A DNA stretch of 14,272 nt from NCBI GenBank assembly GCA_037441385.1, contig JBBISH010000145.1, positions 1-14,272 of the forward strand. The letters are read 5' to 3'. Positions 1-8,916 of the stretch are shown piece by piece (position 1 is the stretch's first letter; the number at the start of each line of letters is the position of its first letter). Made by a program: the position numbers and the translations under genes. The notes under the pieces are model-generated. The model worked only from the letters and a program-made list of their open reading frames with translations, searched no databases and was not told the DNA's origin. Origin of the DNA: Myxococcales bacterium. GTDB lineage: Bacteria; Myxococcota_A; UBA9042.

Positions 1-122
1 CGGACTCGAAGACCGACCGCTCAGACGCGGACCCGAACCGCGTAGCACGCGAACCGCCGGATGCGGACCCGCATGTCCGGTGGTGTGGGAGGGGCGTCGG
101 GCAACCGGCGCCCCTACCCGAT
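1..122 (+). mobile_element. 3' end of a group II intron, class IIC-like (domains V and VI); 5' part and any RT ORF lie upstream of the window
   Basis: Domain V hairpin at 53-84, ACCGCCGG-ATGCG-GACC-CGCAT-GT-CCGGTGGT, is short, has a CGC catalytic triad (55-57) and a 2-nt bulge. Domain VI at 87-119, GGGAGGGGCGTCGG-GCAA-CCGGCGCCCCT-A-CCC, has a GNRA loop and bulged branch A at 116. The element ends in ...CCCGAT (AY terminus) at 122. Confidence 0.93.
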
Positions 123-462
123 AGGGCTTTCGGCGCTGCGTCAGAGTAGGCAAGCGGTAAGGCAGGTTTCGTGCGCCCCAGAAATTGCCCCCCATCCTCC
201 TAACGGGCTCGGCGCGTCAGCTTTCGCCCTGTGCGGCCTGTGCTTCCGCGACTGCTCGGACCTCTCCGCAAGCGCAACCGGCCGCGCGGGACCCTGGATA
301 GCCTCGCCGCGACCAACGTGCCCCTTGTCCACGCGAAGCAGCCATGCCGCATGGCTCGCACCACGCGACGGTTGGTGGGCTGAGGCCCAAGCAGGACTGC
401 CAATCGAACCGTAGAAAATCTCGAAAGTCTGATTGGTTGTGTGTCATGCCCTCGGGCCACTA

Positions 463-493
463 GTGCCTTGGCGCGGTGCCTTGGCGCGGTGCC
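463..493. repeat. 13-bp perfect tandem repeat (GTGCCTTGGCGCG x2 + GTGCC)
   Basis: Units at 463-475 and 476-488, partial unit at 489-493. Confidence 0.9.
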
Positions 494-572
494 CCCCTGC
501 TGCGCCAGACCGGCCCTTGATGGCATCACCTCTCTGCGGCCGTCGGCGTCGCCGCTCCCGTCCACGTTCTCG

Positions 573-601
573 TTGACACAGCTACGGCCGGCCGTCACAA
601 T
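573..601 (+). promoter_or_regulatory. Putative sigma70-type promoter of the chemosensory operon
   Basis: Perfect TTGACA (573-578), 17-bp spacer, CACAAT (596-601), 42 nt upstream of the first cheW ATG. Confidence 0.65.
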
Positions 602-629
602 CGGAATCGGACCAATCGGAATCGGACCA
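598..629. repeat. 15-bp perfect tandem repeat CAATCGGAATCGGAC x2, containing four AATCGG hexamers and overlapping the -10/start-site region
   Basis: Units at 598-612 and 613-627, plus CA. Confidence 0.9.
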
Positions 630-643
630 CCGGAGCAAGGCGA

Positions 644-1192
644 ATGGCTGACCACGCCAGTGATACCCTGCCCTCAGCAACCAGCGCAGGTGGCGCTAGC
701 GCGCCAGAAGCGTGGGTCGGCTTTTGCCTGGACGAGTTGACGTTTGCCGTCGACCTGCGGCGCGTGGTGCGAGTGCTGCAAGTAGTGGAGATTACGCCGC
801 TCCCTGGCGCTCCAGCCGTCGTGGCCGGCGCCATCGGCTTGGCGGGCGAAGTCTTGCCAGTCATCGACTTGCGGGCGCGCCTGGGGCGTCCGCGTCCGCC
901 AGTGCGGCTCAGCGACCAACTGCTCATTGTGCAAGCGAAAAGCGGCACGGTTGCGCTACTGGCGGATACTACGGTAGGGGTGCTTTCACACGCTCCAGGG
1001 CCGCTGGCCTCAGACAACTATATGCCTCCAGAGCTACGGTCTCTAGAAGGAATATTTGTGTCCGAAGGGCAGCTCGTCTTGGTCTATGACCTAGAGCGAC
1101 TGCTGCGTCCAAACGAGGAGTCGTCTCTGCAAGCCGCGCTACTGGCAGCCAGGGACAACACCACCCCGGCCGCCGTGGCCCAGGAGCCGTGA
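644..1192 (+). CDS. cheW: CheW-family coupling protein (WspB-like)
   Basis: CheW motifs FAVDLRRVVRVL, ITPLPGAPAVVAGAIGLAGEVLPVIDL and LVLVYDLERLL; GGAG upstream; first gene of the cluster. Confidence 0.92.
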   Translation: MADHASDTLPSATSAGGASAPEAWVGFCLDELTFAVDLRRVVRVLQVVEITPLPGAPAVVAGAIGLAGEVLPVIDLRARLGRPRPPVRLSDQLLIVQAKSGTVALLADTTVGVLSHAPGPLASDNYMPPELRSLEGIFVSEGQLVLVYDLERLLRPNEESSLQAALLAARDNTTPAAVAQEP

Positions 1193-1195
1193 ACG

Positions 1196-2587
1196 ATGAC
1201 CGACCTGGCCACGCACCGCATCCGCGCGCTTAGCGCACAGGTCGCGAACCTGTTTGGGCTATACTTCCCAGCGGATCGCACGGCCGACCTGGAGCGGGCG
1301 CTCGGCCAAGCTGCGCGGCACCTGGGCGACAGCGACGCGGCGAACTTGTGCAACGCCTTGCTCCAGGATCGGCTCTCGGCGCCGCAGTGGCACGCGCTCA
1401 CGGCTCATCTCACAGTCGGCGAAACGTATTTCTGGCGCGATCCCGGCCTGTTCGCCACGCTCGAAAACACCCTGCTGCCAGAACTTGCCCAGCGCGCAAT
1501 CGGCGAAGCCCGCCCTCTGCGGCTGTGGAGCGCGGCGTGCGCCAGCGGCGAAGAGGCCTACTCGTTGGCCATCGCGTGCCTGCGAGCGCTCTCCGAGCCG
1601 GCCCGCAGCCGCGCCGCAGTGTGGGCGACGGACCTCAACGAGGCGGCACTCGCCAGAGCCGAGGCCGCGGAGTACGGTCCGTGGTCTTTGCGCGATGCCC
1701 CCGATTGGCTCCATCACTACGTGCCACAAGTTGACGATAGGCGCTTTCGCGTGGCACCGGCGGTGCAGAGGCTGGTCCGCTTCGCCACGCTGAATCTGGC
1801 TGACCCCGCGGCCCAGCCCCCCGCCTTGTGGGTGCCGTTTGACCTCATCGTCTGCCGCAACGTGCTCATGTACCTGACCCCAGAGCACCAACGCGCCGCG
1901 GTCGCCAAGCTGCGCTCGTGCCTCCGCGACGGCGGCTACTTGGTCACCGCGCCGGCCGAGGTAAATCGCGGACTATTTGAGCATTTCGAGGCCGAGGTCG
2001 TGGGCGGCAACACGGCATTTCGCCGCAACGACGCCGGGGTGCGCACGACGCCCGGGCCCGAATTACCAACAGTCGCCTGGCACCACCTCGTCGCCACGCC
2101 GGTCGAACACATTGGCGCTGAACTCGCCCAAGCCATCTTGCCCGCCGAACCGCCGCCCGAGCCCGCCGCCCAAGACCCAGCACCGGCCAAGCCAGAGCCG
2201 CAGGCGCTGGTCGACCATGCCCGGCAACTCGCCGATGCGGGCCGCCTGCCCGAGGCCTATGCCGCGAGCCTTGCTGCGGTGGCGTGCGCGCGCAGCGACC
2301 CGGCGGCGTACCTGCTGTGTGGCTTGATTGCGGCCGAGTTGGGTCGGCCGGGCGAGGCGGTAACCGCGGTAGAAAAAGCGCTATTTCTCGACAACGATCT
2401 GCTGGTCGCCCACCTCCTGCTGGCGCGACTGCACGGCAGCCTGGGTCACCCGCGTCGCAGCGCCCGCCACGCAGCGGTGGCCAAGCAACTGCTGGGAGCC
2501 CGCCCGCGCGACCAAGTGACGACGGACACGGCCGGCCTGACCAGCGGCCGCTTGCTCGAAGCCTGGACGGCTCTGGGGACATCATGA
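1196..2587 (+). CDS. cheR: CheR methyltransferase with C-terminal TPR region (WspC/FrzF-like)
   Basis: LTVGETYFWRD, WSAACASGEEAYSLA, ATDLN, FDLIVCRNVLMY and LRDGGYL motifs; Pro-rich linker; TPR-like AYLLCGLIAAELGRPGEAVTAVEKALFLD. Confidence 0.95.
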   Translation: MTDLATHRIRALSAQVANLFGLYFPADRTADLERALGQAARHLGDSDAANLCNALLQDRLSAPQWHALTAHLTVGETYFWRDPGLFATLENTLLPELAQRAIGEARPLRLWSAACASGEEAYSLAIACLRALSEPARSRAAVWATDLNEAALARAEAAEYGPWSLRDAPDWLHHYVPQVDDRRFRVAPAVQRLVRFATLNLADPAAQPPALWVPFDLIVCRNVLMYLTPEHQRAAVAKLRSCLRDGGYLVTAPAEVNRGLFEHFEAEVVGGNTAFRRNDAGVRTTPGPELPTVAWHHLVATPVEHIGAELAQAILPAEPPPEPAAQDPAPAKPEPQALVDHARQLADAGRLPEAYAASLAAVACARSDPAAYLLCGLIAAELGRPGEAVTAVEKALFLDNDLLVAHLLLARLHGSLGHPRRSARHAAVAKQLLGARPRDQVTTDTAGLTSGRLLEAWTALGTS

Positions 2588-2726
2588 GGCAGATTCAGGC
2601 GACGCCTGCTTGTAGGCTGAGACAATTCACCTGCTCTGCGGCAAGGTTGCGACCTCTTCGGCGCCGCTCGCTGACCGCCCCGACCCCCTGGTGCGCCCAA
2701 GGCTGGGCCGGCTGCGCGAGGTGTCC

Positions 2727-3338
2727 ATGACGGGAGCCCCGATTGACTGGCCGGCGCTCCGCGACCGTCTGAGCGCGACGGCGAGCGAGCAAGCGGACGA
2801 AGAACCGCGTCGCGTAGCTCAGATCCTGCGGCAACGGGCGCGGACCGCGGCACAAGTGCCCGTAAAGGCAAGCGATGTGCCCACCCTCAGCGTGCTGACC
2901 TTTGGGTTGGCCGGCGAGACCTACGCCCTAGAAACCAAGCACGTGCGGCAAGTGTTTCGCCTCCACCGGTTGACGCCCCTGCCCGGCACGCCGCCCCACG
3001 TCGCGGGCGTGACCAACCTGCGTGGCAATGTGCTGGCCGTCTTGGATCTGCGGAGCTTCTTTGACATTCCCACCCGCGGCCTGGCCGAGTTCGACCGCGT
3101 GGTCGTGCTCGGCGACCCAGCCCACGGCGGCTTTGGCTTGCTGACGGACAGCATCGATGGAGTCCGCGCGTTGCCGGTTGGCGAACTGGCCGCGAACTTG
3201 CCCACGCTGGGCGGTGTGCGGGCGCGCTATCTGATCGGCGTGACTGCGAGCGCTGTGGTAGTGCTCGACGGCGCCAAACTCTTGGCCGACCCGGGCCTCA
3301 AAGTCGACGCCGTCCGCGGGCGCACTGGGGCAGTCTGA
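2727..3338 (+). CDS. cheW: Second CheW-family protein with N-terminal extension (WspD-like)
   Basis: YALETKHVRQV, LTPLPGTPPHVAGVTNLRGNVLAVLDL, FGLLTDSIDG. Start placed at ATG 2727 (GAGG at 2718-2721) rather than GTG 2691. Confidence 0.92.
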   Translation: MTGAPIDWPALRDRLSATASEQADEEPRRVAQILRQRARTAAQVPVKASDVPTLSVLTFGLAGETYALETKHVRQVFRLHRLTPLPGTPPHVAGVTNLRGNVLAVLDLRSFFDIPTRGLAEFDRVVVLGDPAHGGFGLLTDSIDGVRALPVGELAANLPTLGGVRARYLIGVTASAVVVLDGAKLLADPGLKVDAVRGRTGAV

Positions 3339-3362
3339 CCGACACCATCGAGGAGGATGACG

Positions 3363-5006
3363 ATGAACTGGTTCAAAAACCTGAAGATTCGCAACAAGCT
3401 GCTGCTCGGGTTTGCGGTGGTGGTGGCCACCATGATCGCCCAGGCCTACTTGAGCTACGCGGCGCTGGCGTCGATGCAGACCGTCGAGCGCGAAGAGGTG
3501 GCGCCGGCCGCGGCCGCGCTTGTGCAAATCGCCAGTGTGGTTCAACTCGAACACGCGATTCGCAAGACCACCCTCGCCTACATCACCTACCGCGATCCGA
3601 CGCAACGAGCAGGGTTCAAGCGCGACCTAGAGGCCCAAGTGACCGAGGCCACCGTGGGCCTGACCGCTCTAAAGGCCCGCATCGAGGCGCACATGCCGAC
3701 CGAGCGCGCGCTCATGGCCAGTATCGACAAAGAAATCAGCACGTATCGCAGCGGTCGCGAGCGCGAGTTCGAACTGGTAGCTGCCGGCAAGGACGACGAG
3801 GCCGTGGCCGCGAGCGGCGGCGAACAGGCGCGGCAACACGCGGCGATTCTTGCCGATTTGGGCAAGCTGCAGACCAATATCGAAGCGGTCCATCAAGCCG
3901 CAGTGGCCGAATCGACCCGCGTGTTCGACGTGGCCGGAAGGCAGCTCGCCGCAGTGGGCGTGGCCGCGGTGCTGTTGGCGTTGATCATCGTGCAATTGCT
4001 CAATGCTCTGTTGGCGGTGCCGCTCCGCGAGGTTCGGCGCATCGCCAACGCTGTGGCTGGGGGCGACTTGACCGTGACCGTGGCCGTGGACGCCCGCGCC
4101 GATGAGCTGGGCGAGTTGCAGCGTGCCCTGGCGACGATGGTGGACAGCTTGCGCGCGCAGGCGCGGCAACTCCAGGAAGGGTTTGGTATTTTGGCTGCGG
4201 CGGCCTCCGAAATCCTGGCCACGGCCACCCAAGTCGCCACCGGCGCGACCGAGACGGCGACCGCCGTGAGCGAGACGTCGGCCACGGTAGAGGAGGTCAA
4301 GCAAACCGCGCACTTGGCCGTTCAGAAGGCCGGGGCGGTCATGGATGCGTCGCGCAAGGCGGCGGCGGTCGCCCAGACCGGACTCAAGGCGGTCGAAGGC
4401 ACCGTGGCCGGCATGGGCCGCATCCGCGAACAGATGGAGGGGATCGCCGGCACCGTGGTTCGCCTAGCCGAACAGGGTCAAACGATTGGTGAAATCATCG
4501 CGACGGTCAGCGACCTGGCCGAGCAGTCGAACCTTCTGGCGGTCAACGCGGCCATCGAAGCGGCGCGGGCTGGCGAGCACGGTCGCGGTTTTTCCGTTGT
4601 GGCCCAAGAGGTGCGCAGTTTGGCCGAACAGTCGCGCGAAGCGACCGCTCAAATCCGCACGATCCTGATGGACATTCAAAAGGCCACGAGCGCTGCAGTG
4701 ATGACGACCGAGCAAGGGACCAAAGCAGTGGCCTTGGGCGTGCAGCAATCCGCAGATGCTGGTGAGTCGATTCGGGCGCTTGCTGCCGGAGTGGCCGAAG
4801 CAGCCCAGGCCGGCACGCAAATTGCTGCGTCGAGCCAGCAGCAGCTGATCGGCATGGATCAAGTAGCCGTGGCGATCGGCAACATTCGCGGGGCCGCGTC
4901 GCAAAATATGTCGGGTACCAAGCAACTAGAAGAGTCGGCCCGCAGTCTGCATGTGCTTGGAACCAAGCTGAAAGCGCTGGTCGACGCCGAGCGGCTCGCC
5001 ACCTGA
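3363..5006 (+). CDS. Methyl-accepting chemotaxis protein (TM, four-helix-bundle-like sensor, TM, HAMP, signalling domain)
   Basis: [18 protein letters not shown]-terminus, two hydrophobic segments, HAMP (PLREV...GDLT...DELGEL), hairpin tip [38 protein letters not shown] at 3351-3356 favours ATG 3363 over ATG 3357. Confidence 0.96.
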   Translation: MNWFKNLKIRNKLLLGFAVVVATMIAQAYLSYAALASMQTVEREEVAPAAAALVQIASVVQLEHAIRKTTLAYITYRDPTQRAGFKRDLEAQVTEATVGLTALKARIEAHMPTERALMASIDKEISTYRSGREREFELVAAGKDDEAVAASGGEQARQHAAILADLGKLQTNIEAVHQAAVAESTRVFDVAGRQLAAVGVAAVLLALIIVQLLNALLAVPLREVRRIANAVAGGDLTVTVAVDARADELGELQRALATMVDSLRAQARQLQEGFGILAAAASEILATATQVATGATETATAVSETSATVEEVKQTAHLAVQKAGAVMDASRKAAAVAQTGLKAVEGTVAGMGRIREQMEGIAGTVVRLAEQGQTIGEIIATVSDLAEQSNLLAVNAAIEAARAGEHGRGFSVVAQEVRSLAEQSREATAQIRTILMDIQKATSAAVMTTEQGTKAVALGVQQSADAGESIRALAAGVAEAAQAGTQIAASSQQQLIGMDQVAVAIGNIRGAASQNMSGTKQLEESARSLHVLGTKLKALVDAERLAT

Positions 5007-5028
5007 GGACGGACCCCGAGGGATCGCC

Positions 5029-7443
5029 ATGGACAGCAAGCGAGAAGCATTCTTGGCCCGCCTGCGCGAGACCTTTCGGGTCGAGGCGGCTGAGCACCTG
5101 GAAGCAATCGGCCGCGGCGTGCTCGAGCTCGACCGCGAAACGGGTGTTGACCGGCAGGCCGTTGTCGAGCGGGTGTTTCGCGAGGCGCATTCGCTCAAGG
5201 GCGCGGCACGTTCGGTGAACCTGACGCGGGTCGAGGGGGTGAGCGCGGCCCTGGAAGGTGTCTTTGCGGCGGTCAAGCGCGGGGAGGTGCAGCCGTCACC
5301 TGGGCTCCTCGACGCGGTGCAAGAGGCCGTCGCGATCTTGGAGGTGGCGTGTGCCGGCTTGGCCGAACCGCCCGCCGAGCAGGTCACGGACCGCGAGCAT
5401 CGGGCAGTCGCCAAGCTGCAAGCGCTTGCGGGTGCCAGTGGCCCCCCGCAGCCCCGCGATGGGCCGACCCTGCCCCGCACTGCGCCAGCGCAGACGCCGG
5501 CACCCGTCGGCGCCAAGAGGAGCCAAGAGCAGGAGGCAGCTAAGGAATCACCGCCAACCCCAGCGGATCCCAGTCCCGGCGACAGCGTGCGCGTGGGCCT
5601 GGACAAGTTGGACCAGCTGTTGCGCGCGGCCGAAGGCCTGTTGCCCGAAAAGCTGGCGCGCCAAGCCTTGGCCAACGACCTGCGAGCGCTGACCGCCGAA
5701 GTCGCGGTGTGGAACCAGCGCTCGCGGCGCGAGGTCGGGCAGTTGCCCGCGGAGTTCACCGCGACCGCGCCGATGCACGCCGGGCCTGACGTGGCGGATC
5801 TGTTGCCGATGACGCTCCAGTTGGAGGCCACGCTGCGCAAGCTGAGCCAGGCTGCGCGCCGCGATGCATCGACCTTTGGCAGTGATCTGGACAGGTTGCT
5901 CGATCACGCGCGGTCGGTGCTCTTGCTCCCGTGCGCACAGCTACTGGGGCCGCTGGCGCTGACACTGCGCGAACTGGCCCGCGAGCAAGGCAAAGACGCC
6001 GAGCTCGTGATCAAAGGCGACGACATCGAGCTCGACCGGCGCGTGCTCGAGGCGCTCAAGGTGCCGCTCACGCATCTGATTCGCAACAGCGTGGATCATG
6101 GCATCGAGAAGCCGGATGTGCGCCGGCAACGCGGCAAGCCCGCGCGGGCGCGGGTGACACTGACGGTCCGACCGCTGGAAGGCCAGCGAATTTCCATCGA
6201 GTTTGCCGATGACGGCGGTGGCTTTGACTTGAGCCGGGCGCGGGCGGCGGCCGAACGCCACTTGCATCTGATCCCAGTTCCGTCCGAATCGGATCGAAAA
6301 CTCGGGCAATTATTCGGGCCCGAACCGGGGTCGCCGCCTGATTCTCGCCAGTTGCAGAACGCGTCAGAAAGTCCGTACAGGCGCGAATCAGGTGGGGTGC
6401 GTATGACGCCCGAGGCTGCGCGAGACCTGAGCGACGCCGAGGCGATCGAAATGCTGTTCCGCTCGGGGGTGAGCACCAGCCCGATGGTGACTGATCTTTC
6501 GGGTCGCGGCCTGGGCCTCGCGATCGTTCGCGAGAAGCTCGAACAGCTGGGCGGCAGCGTCACCGCCACGTCGCAGCCTGGCCAGGGCGCGCGATTCAAC
6601 CTGGAAGTGCCTTTGACTTTGGCGACCTTGCACGGCGTGCTGGTCCGCGCGGCAGATTTCAGCTTCATCATTCCGGCCGAGGGGGTGGTCGGTGTGGCGC
6701 GCTGGCGTTCGGGGGATCTGCGCAGCGCCGAAAACCGTCAGGTGGTCGAGTTTCGCGGCCGGCCGGTCGCGTGGGTGCGGCTGCGCGATGTGTTGGGGCT
6801 GGACGGGGCGGATCCCGAGGGCGTCGTGTCCCTGCCGGCGGTCATCGTTCGCTCGGGCGCATCCGAGGTTGCGCTACAAGTCGATGCCGTACTGGGCGAG
6901 CAAGAGGTAATGGTCAAAGATCTGGGTGCGCAACTGCGCCGCGTGCAGAACATCGCGGCGGCCTCAGTCAATGGTAGCGGCGCGGTGGTTCCCGTGCTGA
7001 GTGTCGCCGATCTGGTCGAGAACGCGCGCCTCACGGCTAGCCCAACGCAGCAAGAGGCGCCGTTTGCCGGCAAAGCGCAGCCGCGGCTGCTGATTGCCGA
7101 AGACTCGATCACGGCGCGGACCTTACTGAAAAGCATCCTGGAGGCTGCTGGTTACAGCGTGACGGCGACCGTGGATGGCCTGGATGCACTGACCCGGCTG
7201 AAGTCCGACCGTTTCGACCTGGTGGTCTCAGACGTCGACATGCCACGACTCAATGGCTTTGAACTGACCGCGCGTATTCGGTCTGACAAAAAACTCGCGG
7301 ATATCCCTGTCGTTTTGTGTACAGCGCTTGCCTCGCAGTCCGACAGAGAACATGGAGTGGAGGTCGGAGCCAGTGCCTACCTTGTCAAGAGTGACTTCGA
7401 CCAGGGCAATTTGCTCGACATCGTGCGACGGTTCGTTGGCTAG
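5029..7443 (+). CDS. cheA: Hybrid CheA-REC kinase (WspE/FrzE-like) carrying a 45-aa in-frame repeat-derived insertion
   Basis: Hpt FREAHSLKGAA; P3 SVRVGLDKLDQLL; N box HLIRNSVDHGIE; G1 DDGGG; F box LFRSGVST; G2 SGRGLGL; CheW-like P5; C-terminal REC (AEDS, SDVDMP, YLVKS). No P2 domain evident. Confidence 0.96.
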   Translation: MDSKREAFLARLRETFRVEAAEHLEAIGRGVLELDRETGVDRQAVVERVFREAHSLKGAARSVNLTRVEGVSAALEGVFAAVKRGEVQPSPGLLDAVQEAVAILEVACAGLAEPPAEQVTDREHRAVAKLQALAGASGPPQPRDGPTLPRTAPAQTPAPVGAKRSQEQEAAKESPPTPADPSPGDSVRVGLDKLDQLLRAAEGLLPEKLARQALANDLRALTAEVAVWNQRSRREVGQLPAEFTATAPMHAGPDVADLLPMTLQLEATLRKLSQAARRDASTFGSDLDRLLDHARSVLLLPCAQLLGPLALTLRELAREQGKDAELVIKGDDIELDRRVLEALKVPLTHLIRNSVDHGIEKPDVRRQRGKPARARVTLTVRPLEGQRISIEFADDGGGFDLSRARAAAERHLHLIPVPSESDRKLGQLFGPEPGSPPDSRQLQNASESPYRRESGGVRMTPEAARDLSDAEAIEMLFRSGVSTSPMVTDLSGRGLGLAIVREKLEQLGGSVTATSQPGQGARFNLEVPLTLATLHGVLVRAADFSFIIPAEGVVGVARWRSGDLRSAENRQVVEFRGRPVAWVRLRDVLGLDGADPEGVVSLPAVIVRSGASEVALQVDAVLGEQEVMVKDLGAQLRRVQNIAAASVNGSGAVVPVLSVADLVENARLTASPTQQEAPFAGKAQPRLLIAEDSITARTLLKSILEAAGYSVTATVDGLDALTRLKSDRFDLVVSDVDMPRLNGFELTARIRSDKKLADIPVVLCTALASQSDREHGVEVGASAYLVKSDFDQGNLLDIVRRFVG
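6272..6403 (+). mobile_element. 132-bp MITE-like palindromic element, copy 1 (in frame inside cheA)
   Basis: 7 mismatches to copy 3 over 132 nt by manual alignment; flanked by TGA (6269-6271) and TGA (6404-6406). Confidence 0.9.
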
Positions 7444-7500
7444 TACTAAGAACCCGAAGTTCTTTCCGGGTTAGGATCTTCGAATGGTTTGTAGCACTAG
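7440..7500. repeat. CTAG-flanked imperfect palindrome overlapping the cheA stop codon
   Basis: CTAGTACTAAGAACC versus the reverse complement of the right end CTAGTGCTACAAACC (12/15); inner CGAAGTTCTT / AGGATCTTCG arms; AT-rich relative to its surroundings. Confidence 0.6.
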
Positions 7501-7582
7501 CATTTTCAGTCAGCAAAGGGGGCGCGCCGCGCACTCTTGGACGCCCGCCCCCTGCGACCCGCGCGCGCGGCTAGCGCCGCGT

Positions 7583-7631
7583 AGTACACCGAGGGGCCGC
7601 AACTCGGAACGAACTTACGGCTTGGTGTACT
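7583..7631. repeat. Imperfect palindrome/hairpin upstream of cheB
   Basis: Outer stem AGTACACCGAG...CTTGGTGTACT and inner stem GCCGCAACTCG / CGAACTTACGGC. Confidence 0.6.
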
Positions 7632-7652
7632 TGGCCGCGAAGGGGGGGACGG

Positions 7653-8726
7653 ATGATCGATGTGCTGCTGGTCGAGGATTCGCCAACCACGGCGGCGCAT
7701 CTTGGCTTTCTCCTTGGCGAAGCCACGGGCTTTCGCCTGATCGGTGTCGCAAGTTCAGCGGAACAAGCCTTGCGCATGCTCGCGACGAGCAACCCGCAGG
7801 TGGTGTTGATGGACATCCACTTGCCAGGGATCGACGGCGTCGAGGCCACGCGGCACATCATGAGCACCCGACCGCTGCCCGTGGTCCTGTGCACCGCCAG
7901 CACCAATGCGGCCGACCTGCGCCTGGTCATGCGCTGCATGGAGGCCGGGGCCCTGGCCGTGGTCAAAAAGCCTCGCGGCTTTGGCGAGGACGACGGCGAC
8001 GCCGCCAAACTTATCGAAACGCTTCGACTCATGTCCGAAGTGCGGCTGGTGCGCCGCTGGTCCAGCACGCTCTTGGCCCCCGATTTGTCGAGTGGTGTCG
8101 CGCCGCCCGCGGCTCTGGCCGCGCCAGCCGTGGTCGCGATGGGCGCCTCGACCGGCGGGCCGCCCGTGCTGCAGCAGATCCTGGCAGAGCTACCGCGCGA
8201 TTTCCCTTTGCCGATCCTAGTGGTGCAGCACCTTGCCCCCGGCTTTGTCGCCGCGCTGGCGCAGTGGCTGGCGGCGGAGGCGCAGCGACCCGTGGAGGTC
8301 GCCCAACCTGGTGTGACGCCGCGGCCGGGGCACGTCTACTTGGCTGCCGACGACGGACACCTGGAGGTCGGCCCGCGCGGTCAACTTGTGCTGACGAGCG
8401 GTGCGCCCGTCAATGGCGCTCGGCCGGCAGTAGATGTGCTGTTTCGAAGCGTGGGCGACCGGTTTGGCGCCAACGTCATCGCCGTGTTGCTGACGGGAAT
8501 GGGGCGCGACGGTGCCGGCGAACTCAAGCGGCTGGCGGACCTTGGCGCGCTGACCATCGCTCAAGACGAGAAATCTTCTGCGGTTTTTGGCATGCCCGGC
8601 GCCGCTGTCGCGTTGGGTGCGGCCCGTAACGTCCTGGCGCCCGCCGCCATTGCGCAATTGCTTGCGCAGCGCGCCTGCCGACCCGAAGCCGGGGCGGGCA
8701 ACTCCGCGCGTGTCGGGGAGGTGTGA
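7653..8726 (+). CDS. cheB: CheB methylesterase (REC + esterase domain; WspF-like)
   Basis: REC (LLVEDS, MDIHLPGIDG, KKP); catalytic motifs GASTGGP, VQHL, LTGMGRDGA, AQDE and FGMP. Confidence 0.96.
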   Translation: MIDVLLVEDSPTTAAHLGFLLGEATGFRLIGVASSAEQALRMLATSNPQVVLMDIHLPGIDGVEATRHIMSTRPLPVVLCTASTNAADLRLVMRCMEAGALAVVKKPRGFGEDDGDAAKLIETLRLMSEVRLVRRWSSTLLAPDLSSGVAPPAALAAPAVVAMGASTGGPPVLQQILAELPRDFPLPILVVQHLAPGFVAALAQWLAAEAQRPVEVAQPGVTPRPGHVYLAADDGHLEVGPRGQLVLTSGAPVNGARPAVDVLFRSVGDRFGANVIAVLLTGMGRDGAGELKRLADLGALTIAQDEKSSAVFGMPGAAVALGAARNVLAPAAIAQLLAQRACRPEAGAGNSARVGEV

Positions 8727-8769
8727 TCTTGGCTGTACAGACGAGCAACTCGATTTCTTGCAGGCGTGA

Positions 8770-8901
8770 TACCAGTTCCGTCCGAGTCGGATCGAAAACT
8801 CGGGCAATTCTTCGGGCCCGAACCGGGGTCCCCGCCTGATTCTCGCCGGTTGCAGACCGGGTCAGAGAAGCCGTACAGGCGTGAATCAGACGGGGTTCGT
8901 A
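8770..8901 (+). mobile_element. 132-bp MITE-like palindromic element, copy 2 (between cheB and the kinase gene)
   Basis: 9 mismatches to copy 3 by manual alignment; flanked by TGA (8767-8769) and TGA (8902-8904). Confidence 0.9.
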
Positions 8902-8916
8902 TGAGTGAGGTTTGCG

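Noticed and set aside
120..210. Possible attC target for the IIC intron
   Set aside because: The 3' exon begins AGGGC rather than TRRRY, and no paired RYYYAAC/GTTRRRY hairpin or gene cassette is visible.
340..356. AGCCATGC-C-GCATGGCT inverted repeat as a terminator
   Set aside because: No U-tract on either strand and no adjacent gene end, so a function cannot be supported.
61..414. 117-aa ORF starting MRTRMSGGVGG
   Set aside because: It is the translation of intron domains V/VI plus intergenic DNA, a typical spurious ORF.
2588..2726. 139-bp cheR-cheW gap as another inserted element
   Set aside because: No similarity to the 132-bp element and no clear TIR or TSD, only a small CAGGCG-A-CGCCTG hairpin.
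8761..8885. CAGGCGTGA occurring both just before and inside copy 2
   Set aside because: A 9-nt match in GC-rich DNA that is plausibly chance.
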